Both the position numbers and the translations under genes were made by a program. 64,000 bases of DNA, taken from Marsupella aquatica (Eukaryota > Plantae > Marchantiophyta). Positions 51,650-64,000 of the stretch are shown one piece after another. Location: assembly GCA_973895155.1 (NCBI GenBank), contig OZ316893.1:8270963-8334962 (forward strand), written 5' to 3'. The first letter of the stretch is position 1. Every line of letters starts with the position of its first letter. The notes beneath the pieces were generated by a model. The model saw only the letters and a list, made by a program, of their open reading frames with translations. It was not told the origin of the DNA and made no database searches.

Positions 51650-54600
51650 TATAGGGAGGGGAATGAGATGAAATCAAGCCTCGGACTCCCCACACGTCTG
51701 CTTGCGCCTTCTCTTCCCATAAGACATTAGGAGACGGTATCGTGCTAGCTCAAATTACAATGAACATCCGATGGCCCTAGAATTCAGGGCTGTAATCTCC
51801 ACCGTTCGTTCATCAAGGATTGCTTCTCTAGTATCTAATCGAGCAGCACCTGTCCGACAGGGTTTGGAATATTCTTCTTTGTAAGATATCTTTTAATTTT
51901 GTCTTCCACACATTCCCCTAAATATAGAAATGAAAAACCTGCCGCCATAGCTTTATTTTAGGGCCCCTCAAACGCTAGCAACTTGAATTTTTGGAGCCCT
52001 ATTCTCCAACAGGAGGAGGTGTCCATGTCAATCATATCCCAGACACTCTTTCCAATCGCTTTTCTAAAGCGTACCGCATTATGGTTTAGCGTGTGGTTCA
52101 GTTGCTTTCAGCCAAAACCTTACGAGTCTATGATTCTTACCACGCAAGTCAAGGCCATCTGTGGAAGCTCCTGAAAAAGCTAAGCAATAAAACATATATA
52201 TGGAACTCCGCTGAGCACTCTTTTTGTACAGTCCACACATGTTCGTCTGGAGACATCCGTAGTCGTGAAAAAGGGCGAGCAGTCGCTCTAGAATGGAGGC
52301 TAAGTCAACGAGATGCTGCACGTCGCATGTGAATATTTTGCTTGGACGTGATTGGGCTGATTGATGTAAACGATATTTTGAAGGGTCAAAAGTTTCCCCG
52401 TTGCTGACCGATTCGCTTTCCTGAGGGCCGTTATGGTTGAGACTGCTTGCAAAAGTGACTGGAAAAGTGAACATCCAGGGGGTAATTGGCAACGGTACCA
52501 GTTTTCGGCCACCATGGCAAACATCCCAACCTCGTGTCCAAATTAATGGACCAGACAGGTATGAATTTCTCTGGAGACCAATTCAACAAGAAAAAAGAAA
52601 AGAAACTTGAAGACTGTCACCCCTATGATGGTGCTCCACCTTCTCCTGGCTTCCAAAAGCGACTGATGGACGGGGCGTCTAGACTTTAGAAGCTTCACCA
52701 CCTGAACTAAGTTTGGCTCCGCTTTGAGAAGCAAGTTTACCACCTTGAAAATCAGTGCGGAGGCACAAGCCAACGCTCAAACACGCAGAAAAATATGCAT
52801 TAATCATATTCATTGTCGTCTAGAAGTAAGACTACAATCCCCGCTACAATCTAAATTACAGCAAAAAGTTTGAAAGCAGACTGGAACGAAGATTGAGAGC
52901 CTTAAATTAGTCGAAACCTAGGGCAGCAAGGAGTTCTGCTCTCTGCCAAAGCTGCACTTGGCTGCTTCTGCAAATACATGAAACTTCGGGCCCAGGCGGA
53001 TGCAAGAGCGGGTGGGGCCCCCCTTTTTGTATGCTGACGAAATGAATGGAATTCTTTGGTTTTTTCGAGGCAAAAGAGCGGGTGGGGCCGCATCTGTGAG
53101 TAAGATAACAGAGGGACATTGCCACAGATTCAGTCTAGCATGAGGTCAGCCAAATACATAAAACAACTCGACATGTGAATCTGATAATTGAAAATTTGGG
53201 ATACTGTTCACCCAAGTGGGAGACTGTTCATCCAGCCACCCGAGTTGGAAGCATTCAGGATAATACATGGAGAGCCACACGTAACACATTTTCTGGATAG
53301 GCAGGCGGAGCTTCACAAGATTGTATTCCAATGGGTTCTCATGGATCACCAATCTATGAACCTCGTTCCCCAGAGGTTCCCACGCTCACATTCATGAGGA
53401 CCTGGGGGAAGATAGTATTCCCTATACTCCAGTCAACATGTGGACTTCCTGGCGCCTCATAAAGGTAAAACCCAAGATGCTCGAAATCTTGAGCCTGCTA
53501 GAATGACATGGATAATTTGATTCCACTAGGAAGCTAGAAATTGAGTTCCCCATTTGACACATGTGTAAGAGAAACCCCACCGGAGGGGCTAAAGTGTGTC
53601 AGGTAAGCATATAGCTACCAAAAATAGGGCATATATAAAGTCTTACTACTGTGACTCTCCACTGGTGTTCGAGACCGAGGTTGAGGCAGGGTATTTTTTA
53701 GTGGCTACAATTTTAGAAGCTAGCCTGACTAGTGTACCCGCCCTTAGAACATGCTTTTGTGAGGACATTAAAGTTTGTTGCCCTTCTCTTGTTTAAGTCC
53801 AATTGGGTTCCCGCTACTACTCACATGCTCTGCCATCTTTAGAGACTTGCCCTGCCCCTTGTCTGCATTTTCCACCCACACCCGAAACTTCAGTTAAGCC
53901 CCCAAAGCTACAGTCTAGAGCCACCATTGTAGACCATAGGCCATGTATAGTATGCTCACATTGCCATTATATAGTAATAAGATTTTGAACTCTTGAATCA
54001 TGCGCCACTTTGGCAAAAAATTGGCACACTCTGGGCCTCATTCGTTAGTTTCAATCCCCTCCACCTCAGAGGGGTCCTTCAGCCACAATCCGCTGGCTCT
54101 CCTTACATCTAGAGAGAAATTTATATGAAGAACATTTTTGGCATTCCTCCCTGACACAACGTACCATTCCAGGTACCATTTGCCACTCTGGCACATTTAA
54201 GAAATCCTGGTTGCAAGAAGCATCTCTGCCTAGAGGAAAATCATAATTACTCAATGTTAGAACATTGATTGGCCCAATGAAATTCTCCTCCACCATGTAT
54301 CACCTTTGTGCCAAAAAATCATACAGCCGTTTCTCGTCCACCATCCATGGAGAGAGAAAATATATATTGTCTTACTTTTTATTTTTGTAGAAAGGGTGGG
54401 GGGAGTCCTTTTTGTTTGGAAAATGAAGACAGTGTCCCAAAGGATGGAATATATGAACCCAACTCAGAAAAGCCATGCAACTTGATCCAGGAAAACCCTT
54501 CTTGAAATTATAAGAAAATGAGTCAAGCCAAAGCATATCGTCAGCCCCGATCCTGTCCTTTCTTGGTTTCCAAAGAGTTTGCCTGAGGATTCTTCAGATA

Positions 54601-55000
54601 CCCTTTCAATTGCCCAAATGCTTGTTCCACTGCCATTCGTGCCGAGAATGGTGATGATTCCATCCATAGTGTTCATCGGATTTGTGAAAGGGACAATCAA
54701 CCATGGCTACAAACAATATCCTTCATCCCAATAGAGTGCTCCCTCAACACAGATATGATATGAATACTCCAAACCATGCAGCTTTGTAAGTCTGTATTCA
54801 ACATTGCTAAAAAAGGTAGAATGTGTAAGCAATCTGGTGTCTTGTATGCTACCTGGCTGCTACAACAGCCGAGAACCTGAGGTTACCATCTACAATTACC
54901 TGCATAGAAACTGACAACTTTTTCGGGAAACCATTGTAGTCCTCGCTACTCTCTCATGCTAATAATTCAATGGGGAAACGTGTGCCTCAATCGCACACAA
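51650..55000 (-). mobile_element. Degenerate L1-like LINE (ORF1 Zn-knuckle, endonuclease and RT relics)
   Basis: Minus-strand order: CQKCSSYKFLSRC (~54100), SPTWVN..SHVELFYV (endonuclease, ~53150-53230), PGEGG (~52640), PITPWMF (~52490), SSIYMF (~52200), FLYLGE (~51920). Many stops; boundaries approximate. Confidence 0.55.
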
Positions 55001-55316
55001 CAAATTGGGGAAACTCCACTTTCACTTTTCCAAGCACTGTTGTACTTGGCCATTTGATCAGATGTGTACCCTGCTTCATTATTACTTGAATGAACTTCCA
55101 GCCAGGGGACCTCATTATTAGCCTGCCCCCAACACACACACACAGTCCTTGTTCTTAGTCCCTCTTTGACATTTATTTCACCAACTTTTGCTCATTCGTA
55201 AATGCCAAATTGAAATAAACTTGGGAATAAACTACCAGTAGCTGCCAAGACAATTGTGTATCTAGAGCCCTCACTTCCCTTGGGAATCTCTTAATTAGGG
55301 ATTGCATTATAAGAAC

Positions 55317-55389
55317 TTGAATGACAGGGTGATGTTGGTATGAATGCCAAAGCCAAAGTTGAATGACAGGGTGATGTTGGTATGAATGC
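55317..55389. repeat. 42-bp tandem duplication
   Basis: TTGAATGACAGGGTGATGTTGGTATGAATGC occurs twice. Confidence 0.9.
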
Positions 55390-58300
55390 ATTATAAGATC
55401 AAGTAACAAATTTCATTTTGGGGATCCATCAAACAAATACCTTCTAGAAAACCCTCAGCCCCAGTTTTACTCTCCTATGCCCAAAACTGGTTGAAATAAG
55501 TACCAACCCCACCAACTATAATTTTAAATGTCAGGTTGCCTCACTTTAATATATCCAAGATGGCACATGATTGATTTTCCAACACATGGAGGCTTGCAGT
55601 TGGCTTGTGCTAACCCCCTCCAACTGTACCGTCACCCTGGACCAGATTTCCCTATCAGAAACTCACCAGATTGAATGCACATGTTGACTCCTATGTACCG
55701 CGAAAAACTATAATGACGTTTTGGAACTCCTTGTTTGCCACACTTTCAGGGTCGGAGAGGGGTGAGCTTGGAAGAATTACAAGCCTCCATGTGTCTGCAG
55801 ACCTATTCATGTCATTGCAGATTACTTTAGTCTGATTGAGCCAACCTACATACAAGTGGGAGACTACCAGATAAATAAATCAGTTTTGGGGGCAGATAAT
55901 TAATTTGACCAGTTTGGCTGTTTGGGGGACATTATCCTTGAAATTACCCGGGGTTCATTTCAACCACCTGAGTGGGGCCTGCTTGTCAGCTCAAGTGGCC
56001 AGAGATGACACCCTCATCAGGCACTTTTGCTCCAGGGTATAAACTCCATGTGGAAAAGTCAATTTCGTGTAGAGAATAAATAACATTATAATGTTCGCTA
56101 GCAATACCTAAATTTCAGGTAGTTTTCTGAACCCTGGAAAAAATTGATAATGCATATTTTAGGAAGATTCCAGCATGGTGATGTCAACACTCATTAATTT
56201 ATCCACTATTCTTTAAGTTATGAAACTAGATGATTGAAGGCAATCACTTTTGGGATTTGGCCAGACCTTTTTGCACAAGCCCTGTGCAAACCTCATCATC
56301 CCTACTTTAATACTGGTCTGCTCCAAATGTTCTAGATATAACATACTGCAAAGAACAAAAGGCCTCATACTGGGAGAGGATCCCAAAGGCAATGAAGGCA
56401 AGAAACCCAATGAAGAGTTTAAGTGTAGCACTTGTAGGAATTCTTAAAAAATACTAAAATTTAAACCAGGAGGTTTCCCTACCTCCAGTTCGGCGGCGTG
56501 CTCAAAAGTTGTTTTCTCTTAAAAGAGGCTCATTCTATGCCCATTGGAGAAAAAGACTTTGTGGGGCCCTTGCAAGCAAATAGATACAGCCTTGGAAAGG
56601 CCACAAAAGCCTAAATTCGCTCTCCTCACTATTGAGGCAGGTGTGTTCTCGTGCTTTTCTGAAGCTACCATCAAGTCTAGCTAGTGATTGTTTATAGAAC
56701 AAACAACAAACTATATTTCACCTGTTCTACAGCAAATCAGTAAAGGTTATAGGGACAATGATAACTTGGAATTCGTTTGGCTCAGGATTTAGCCCCATTC
56801 TTTTCATTTTGACGGAGGCCAAAGAAAAAGAAAACGAGTCCAAAGAAAACACCCACTGGAGTACAATTGCCAGTAGTTGAAACGAACAACAATGTTTCTT
56901 TATGGTCTAGTTGAGCAGCGTAGGCTGCAAATGCTTTGGATCAAATGAATGGAGTGGAAGATGCTTTTGTCACCTATGGTTCTTGGCTGAACCAGTGTAA
57001 CTAAGTGCATAGTTAGATGGTATGATTGGACTGAACTTTATCCCCTCATTCTGTGAAACATGCTACTAGTGGACAGTTGGCTCAAGGGTGAGCACTTTTT
57101 TCTGGCTGTGTAGTGTAGTTATGTGAGACACATTCTAGTATTGGTTATAGAGTTGGCGGGGTTGCTCTGTTGTCCAGTGGTAACTGAGCCCTTGCCCTCT
57201 GTCTCTCTGTATGGCCTGACTGGTCTTCTTTCCCTGACATAGTGACATGCCTGTCAGGCCTGCTGGTTCACCCTATCTGCAGGTTCCACTCGGAATAAAC
57301 TGGAAATATAAATGCATACATGAAAAGTAACAAAAGAGACCCACTTCTAAAGATGAGCCAGTTTTAAGTTTGTAATTTTCTACAGACTATTTTTCTACAA
57401 TACACACCTTGCCTAAATTAAGGAGTGAATTATGCAGTCAAGCATCAATCTAGGCATGTGTAACTCACACTACAAAAGTCTTACCATATAAAACAAAAAC
57501 CATCACACATGCTAGCAAATATTTGCATGGCCTCAAATCCTGGCATTTGACTTGTCTCCTCTCTTTTCACACTCTAGCATGACCTTAATTTAGTGATTTT
57601 ACTTTCTTTTTCTTTCTAAAACTCAATTAAGTTTTTATGCGAGTTCATGTTCAGGCTATGAATTTGTGTGTCATAATGTCCCCTCAAATAAAGCTACAGT
57701 CCTTATTGGGGGACATTACATCCCAAATTGCCCTCTAAGCAGGACGTTGCCCTAATCCTGCCAAAGAGCCAAAACCCCGGCCAAAACAGGGGACAGGATC
57801 TACCCACTTGAAGGAAGGAAATGAGGGAGAGGGGCCAGTTGAAGAAAGAAAGCACTAGAAAGGACCATACCTGTCTGAAAGAAAGGATTAGTGGCCCGAT
57901 TTAAATTCTGTAGTCTCAAAATTCATGCAATTGGCCACTTACACATTTATTAGGGGAAGTTGCCATTTGGTGGGCATTATCTTACATGTAGAATAATTAA
58001 TAAAATTGTGCCACTTGCAATTCTTTTCAGATCCTCAACATTCATTTGGTGATGGGAATAGGGTGGTGGCTGGTGGTATGGAGGACTTGGGTTTCCAAGG
58101 GAAACAACAAGGGGGTTAGAGTAGGGATGTAGAAATATATGGTTAATATTCATTTAGTTGGAAGGCTAGTTCACACACAGATTCAGTCCTTACCGTAAAT
58201 CTAGTACAAAATTCAGATTCAATGCCTTACTTGGATCTGGCTTTCACTTCATGAATGATAATATGAACAATATCTATAAACTTCTCTATTGGCTGCTTCA

Positions 58301-60527
58301 CAATTATTTTATGACAGCCATGAAGTATCTAAACTACTGAAACCTAGCTTCACTCCATATATGAGGAAATGAGCTCTTAATTTAGATATATAATATCTTT
58401 TTGCAACAGAAACTAAATCTTTCCTTGATTCAAATTTATTTACTTGACTCAAATTCAGGTAAGATATGTCTTTGCCAAACATAATTCTTTGTCTTTACTT
58501 GATTTGGCCTTGATTCTAGAAGGAAGTGTCGTTGTTTTTTGATTGAGTGTAAAGTTAAGAATCAACTCTAAAGGTCTTTGATTATTCTTTTCTCTTTGGT
58601 CACTTAGTATTGGTTTGCATTCGTTGCCCTTTCATTCATCTACTATAATTCATGTTTTATAGATTATTTACTCTTGTTCAGTTTAAAAAGTCATATAGTC
58701 TTGGGGGTGCACTATATGGAGGCGTCCCCATCACCTGCAACATTTTTAGGCTTCAGACCCCCTAAAATGAAATTTTTAAAAATATTTTAAAACTCCTATA
58801 TAGCTAGGATATTCTTGGAATATTCCAAAAATATGATTAAAATACTATAATGCTCTTATAATTCTCAAAATTGGATTAAAAAACCCTATTGTTCTTTTGA
58901 GAAAATTTTTAAATTTTTTCTTAGAATTAATAAAATGATCTTATCTTTTATCGCACGTGATATGTTATTTTTGTGGAAGTGAAACAGGGGGTGAAACCTT
59001 CAACATATATGTTTACTATTCACTCTTTATTCAAATTATATTTTTTTACTTTTCAACTAAAAAGTTGATGTTTCCAAGTTTTCACAGTAGGTCCATTAAG
59101 TTTTGTCCCTCTTTGGCTGACTCCAGGAATAATTATAATCAGAATTTATTAATTGAGTGAGTTTTTTTTAAAATTGCGTGAAGTAAGATGGTATGGTAAA
59201 CTGAGTTATATGGATAAAAATAGTTAAAGCAAAATCTATACTAGCCAGGCAGGTAACATACAAGGTATCACATAATTAATTCTTTTTACACTGGATAATG
59301 CAATGTCTAACCTTTATTTGGCCACAATACTTTGCAGTAATATATACACCCAACACTAATCACAACTGTAATATACCTGTCAAACATTAATCACATTGAT
59401 TTTTTAGAAAAGACAGTGTAAAATCAGTCATAGCCAAATAAAGAGAACATAATACAATGATAGAAGAAACTAAGACTTAAATGCTTGAAATGAAGATGGT
59501 CTGGAAATAACCTTTTTATACTGAGATATTAGTGTTTTTCCTTTGCAAAAAGATGCACACGTTTTGTCACTCAAAAGTGATTCAGTCCATTCAGGGTCCA
59601 TCTGGGTTGCAACTTTCATGGCAGTGGTTCATCCCAGCATTAATTAATCTAATTGCAGAATAATCAAACTGAAACTAGACTCTTAAGCCCTGATGGATGG
59701 AGACAAGTACTATGAAGCCCATATGAACTGGCAAAGCTTGGATATACTTGCTCAGAAATTGGCTTAATAACATAGTTTAAACGTTTAACTGAAATGTGAC
59801 CTGTAAACGGTCTCCTTACCATTTGCACCCAATTTCCATTACATTACCAAACCGAGTCTCTCAATAGCTTGATGACTTGACTACCTTGGAACAGAAGACT
59901 TCAAGATGTCATGCCATTACTCAAGAACACCAGTTTTGAATTGGCTCACATGAAAATTTCCAAGTGTAAAGCTGGTGAAATCATGATGTAGAATATTTGA
60001 TCATCTTTGTGATCATTGGAAATGGAACAAATGATCTCAAAAAAATTTCAAACATTGTCGGGCAATAGAGTGGACATCAGACCATGTTTGGATTTTTTTT
60101 TGTCTTAATGGACATCAAGTACTTCAAATAAATCAACCAATCTTCCAAATACAAAGGTGAGGTTTATGTTGCAAATAGGCGACGACTATGATGACCCTAT
60201 CACACAAGTTGTCAAGATGTCATGAGCATTTGGAAAATGTCCTATGTACTCATGAGGTTCATGACGACTCTACAATTTGCTTAAGCAACGAGCTCAAGTC
60301 TGTGATATGGGAGCATGTAGTGGTGAAAATATTGTCCATCACATTTTCCATCGCATTGACCAATTTTGCTTGCTTTCAATTGAACTGAGATTGGAGCTTC
60401 GAGATAAAGAGGATCCATTCTTAACCATGCAACATTGTTGAGCCATTCAGACCACATTACACTAAACACTACCATTTTCAAACAACATGACTTGACGTCG
60501 TGAGTACTTCCTCTCAAAGTAGTCAAC

Positions 60528-60744
60528 TGCAATCTATGACAGGTTTGTTTTTCTTTTTGGTGTAAAAACAAAGATCAGTGACAGGTTTGTTTTTCATTTT
60601 GGGTGTAAAAACAAAGATCACATTATGCCGTCCACAAGTGCAATCTGTAACAGGTTTGTTTTTCTTTTGGGTGTAAAAACAAAGATCAGTGACAGGTTTG
60701 TTTTTCATTTGGGTGTAAAAACAAAGATCACTTTATGCCGTCCA
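60528..60744. repeat. Hierarchical tandem repeat: two ~110-bp units, each with two ~42-bp monomers
   Basis: (G/A)T(G/A)ACAGGTTTGTTTTTC..TT(G)GGTGTAAAAACAAAGATCA four times; TTATGCCGTCCA twice. Confidence 0.92.
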
Positions 60745-60751
60745 AGGGGAT

Positions 60752-61240
60752 GGGCAAGGACAATATCTCGGTGTATCCGGGGTCCAGATTCCTGAAACTT
60801 GCAACATTGGACATATAAAATTGGGTCCCACAGTCTCCCCTTCAGAAAATTAGGATTTCTAATCCCTCTCGTACCATGGGGATAGGCAGGGACAATGTCT
60901 CGGTCTATCAGGGACAATGTCTTGGTCTATCTTGGGTTCAGCTTCGTGAGCAACATAGGAAATATAAAATCGGGCCCCACCAATCTCCCATGCAGAAAAT
61001 TAGGAATGCTACTCATACACTTAGGCAGGGATTTAGTCATCTCCTAGGCAGAAAATTAAGGGCTTCTAATCCCCTGCTTACGGAAGGAAAGAGCCAAATC
61101 CGACGCACTAGATTAGGGGATTCCAATCCCGTGGTTAGGGAGGGATTTACCGCAGAAAATTAGGGGATTCTAATCCCGCGCTCATAAGGGGGGGATTGGG
61201 TTATATCCGACACAGAGAATTAGGGGCTCTAATCACGCGC
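60752..61240 (+). repeat. Motif array in the putative GS promoter
   Basis: CAGA(A/G)AATTA(G/A)GG...CTAATCCC variants at ~60844, 60993, 61049, 61112, 61153 and 61214. GGACAAT(A/G)TCT(C/T)GGT.TATC three times. Confidence 0.8.
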
Positions 61241-61568
61241 TTAAGGAGGGGTTTAGTTACTTCGCCGATCGCGTCGCGGGATGTTGACAAAAGAGGTCCG
61301 ACGAAGAAAGAGAGGCAGAGCTCGGCTCTAGTGCAGTCCCGTAAGCTTTAAAAGAGTGCGCGATCCAACGAGAAAGACCTGCTCTCAGTTTGCTCTCCCT
61401 TCCTCGCGCACGGGGCGTGTAAGTTCGATCGCATCGTCGTCGTCGTCATCGTCGTCCTGCTGAAGGTGGTGGCGATTGTGCGGAGCAGGAGGCGCTCTCC
61501 ATCGAGACCCTGAGCTCTCTCTCTCTCTCTCTCGTGAGGACGTTGTCCGCGCCCGTCGATCGACTGCA

Positions 61569-62215
61569 ATGACGACCCCACTTCTTACAGCCTTGAAAAA
61601 CTTGGACGTCACGGACACCGGTTCCATCATTGCGGAGTACATCTGGTGCGTCTCTGTCGATTGATCTGTCGCTTTACTTTGTTTCGTGCTTTTCTTCCGT
61701 CGGGAGGTTTGTTGTTGTTGTCGTTGTTTTCCGTTTCTCCCTGAGCTGGATTCCCTGTTTTGACCGCTAACTTTGTAGCAATGTTCGTGCGTTTGGTCCT
61801 CTCGACGCAAATTGAACCTTCGCGTCGGGCCTCTGACTGTTGGTTCTGTTCCAATTTGCGTCTGATACTTTCGATTCTTTCAGTACTGACGATTCTAATG
61901 TGTTTGTTGTGGGGGTTGACCAATCCAACGGTTGCGAGTTGTGCTTTTCCGTTGGTTGAGCTTCGAGGAATTGTTTTCCGAAACTACTGGTAGACGAGAT
62001 GTCCTGCACGTTCTGTGAAATTGCGTCAAGCACTCTGTTGATCGATGTACTCTGAATGTCCTGTGTATCGCGTGTTGTCTACGTTCTGCTGCAGGATCGG
62101 CGGTAGTGGATTGGATCTGCGAAGCAAAGCAAGGGTGCGTTCCCAATTGTACTCCAACCTGTTGCTTTCCTCGTGTGTGTGAGCTCAGGGAGGGAGACAG
62201 AGAGACAACATCTTG

Positions 62216-62259
<44 letters not shown>

Positions 62260-64000
62260 ACCGTAACCCGAGGGATGACACACACTCTGCGGTGATGTGG
62301 TAAAGGCGTCCAATCATGTTGGCTTGGCTGTGTTGAATTGTCGAGGAATGCTTGCTGTCAATCTCGCGGCCACGTGAGGAGAGAACTGATTCAGACTCCT
62401 TTGGGCCACATTTCACCATAGTTCTCGCAGTCAATGGTTCGCGTTGAGGACGTGCCTGTATGTGTCACTAGTCCACGATTCTGAATCAGAGTCACTATCG
62501 ATACTGCAGACTCGCCTCGTTCGTAGGCCAAAATCATATCGTGGATCCTGGGGTCGTCGCTGTGTCTTCGACTTGATGTTTGCCTCGTGAGAGAGTTTGA
62601 TCATAATCAACTCGCCGTCGAGATGTCATCCAATGCTGTAGAGCCCAATTGGAGAATTGGATTCAACTTTCCGTCAGTCTGATATAAGCAGAGTGTCTTC
62701 CAGAGAAGTAGAGGACACAGTCTTGGGTGTCAATCCGCTCGCGTTCAACTTTCGGAATCAAACCGAGTAAGATGGCTCGCAGGGGACTGCACTGGTTGTA
62801 GTCGAGCTATGAGGTGATGGACTGATAGCTGTAATTGTTTACGGTTACGATCATGCATTATTTCATGCTATCGAGACGCTGCTGTTCCAGCCAGGAAATT
62901 CCAGAGAATTCCTGGAGTCGCGTAGGAATGGTTATCCCCAGGGGGGAGATCGGACTGGAACATCGTTGACTTGGAGCTTATGATGACATAGATTCCTCCG
63001 GTACGGTCACAGAGTGCTCCTCGAGCTGCCCTCCGCTGAGATCCCAGCATTCACGACAAGTTGATCTTATTTGCGACAGAGCATATCGAGTCCGACATGG
63101 CATAGATCAATACTTCCATGAGTGCACGGTCATCTATGCGAAGGCCAAGAGTGTCAAATTGGATTGAGTTATTGCTCATCCTTGGCAGTCCTGGAATGCT
63201 CCGTGCGGGAGTGATCGATGACAACGTCTCACAATGTCTGTTGGATGTTGTGTACCACAGACTCTCAAGGGCCCAATCAAGAGCCCGGCCGAATTGCCCA
63301 ACTGGAACTATGATGGGTCTTCAACAAACCAGGCTTTGGGTCACGACAGCGAGGTTATTCTAAAGTAAGCTGCTCAAACAATGTAAAACTCGTCTGCAGC
63401 TAATTTGAAGGCTCCATTAGTTCAATATCAAATTCGATGTCGTACTTCCTAGAATATGGCGAAATCGACTTGACTGGTAGTAGAGATGAGGCTGAAGGAA
63501 ACATTTGTAACACTCCCTTTCTTCCCTGGTTGTGTAGACCGAAGGCTATCTACCGTGACCCATTCCGCCAAGGCAAGAATATTTTGGTAAGTTATTCAAG
63601 TTTTGCGCAACTTCCACCTGCGCATCACCACTTGTGATGCAAACTAAGTGTGTCAGAAAGCAGAGTAGGCTGCAGTTCACATTCTAGATCTCTACTCTCC
63701 TTGTTTTTTCGAGGCGGGTTGACAGGGAATTTGAGAGGTGGGTTTCCGTAAGAGTATGGGTCTTCGCCAGGAATTATGAGTAGTTGGAAGGACAGTACGG
63801 GGTCCGAACACGGACGACAACTGTCGTTGTGCACAGCGATCGACGTGGAACAGTTCGTACATCACTGTTGGATTCGAAATTATCCATCGGATAGACTGTA
63901 GCGGAGTGTATGTGTGTCGAATTAAGCAACATCGACCACTTGGTTTTACAGGTGATGTGCGACACGTACGAGCCTAATGGAAAACCACTTGCAACCAATA
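61569..64000 (+). CDS. GLN1: Cytosolic glutamine synthetase (GSII, GS1), 5' part; continues beyond window
   Basis: Exons 61569-61645, 62095-62134 (40 nt), 63261-63364 (104 nt), 63538-63586 (49 nt), 63952->64000, the canonical plant GS exon sizes. Translation [53 protein letters not shown]. No transit peptide. Confidence 0.96.
62220..62254. repeat. (CT)n microsatellite in GS intron 2
   Basis: About 17 perfect CT units. Confidence 0.95.

Noticed and set aside
62181-62202. miR390-like GAGCTCAGGGAGGGAGACAG
   Set aside because: Too many mismatches to miR390 and no clear precursor stem.

Overview
Eukaryotic land-plant nuclear DNA. Long CpG-rich 5' leaders, intron style and protein divergence suggest a bryophyte such as a liverwort, but this is inference. 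Four spliced genes lie on the + strand: an ERD4/OSCA3-type CSC1 channel (28258-31616, 6 exons), a family-1 UDP-glycosyltransferase (39101-41955, 4 exons), CSA/ERCC8 WD40 protein (46330-49663, 9 exons) and the first five exons of a cytosolic glutamine synthetase (61569 to window end). The intergenic DNA is mostly decayed mobile elements: LINE relics, an LTR-element accessory ORF, a solo LTR with intact TSD, a MITE, a ~770-bp foldback hairpin and several tandem arrays. It also holds at least one disabled host-gene copy. I found no RNA genes or CRISPR arrays and no convincing new biological system. The best leads are the long hairpin, two GC-AG introns, an in-frame stop-free intron in ERD4, and a repeated-motif array in the GS promoter. 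All protein family calls come from motif recognition, not database searches.
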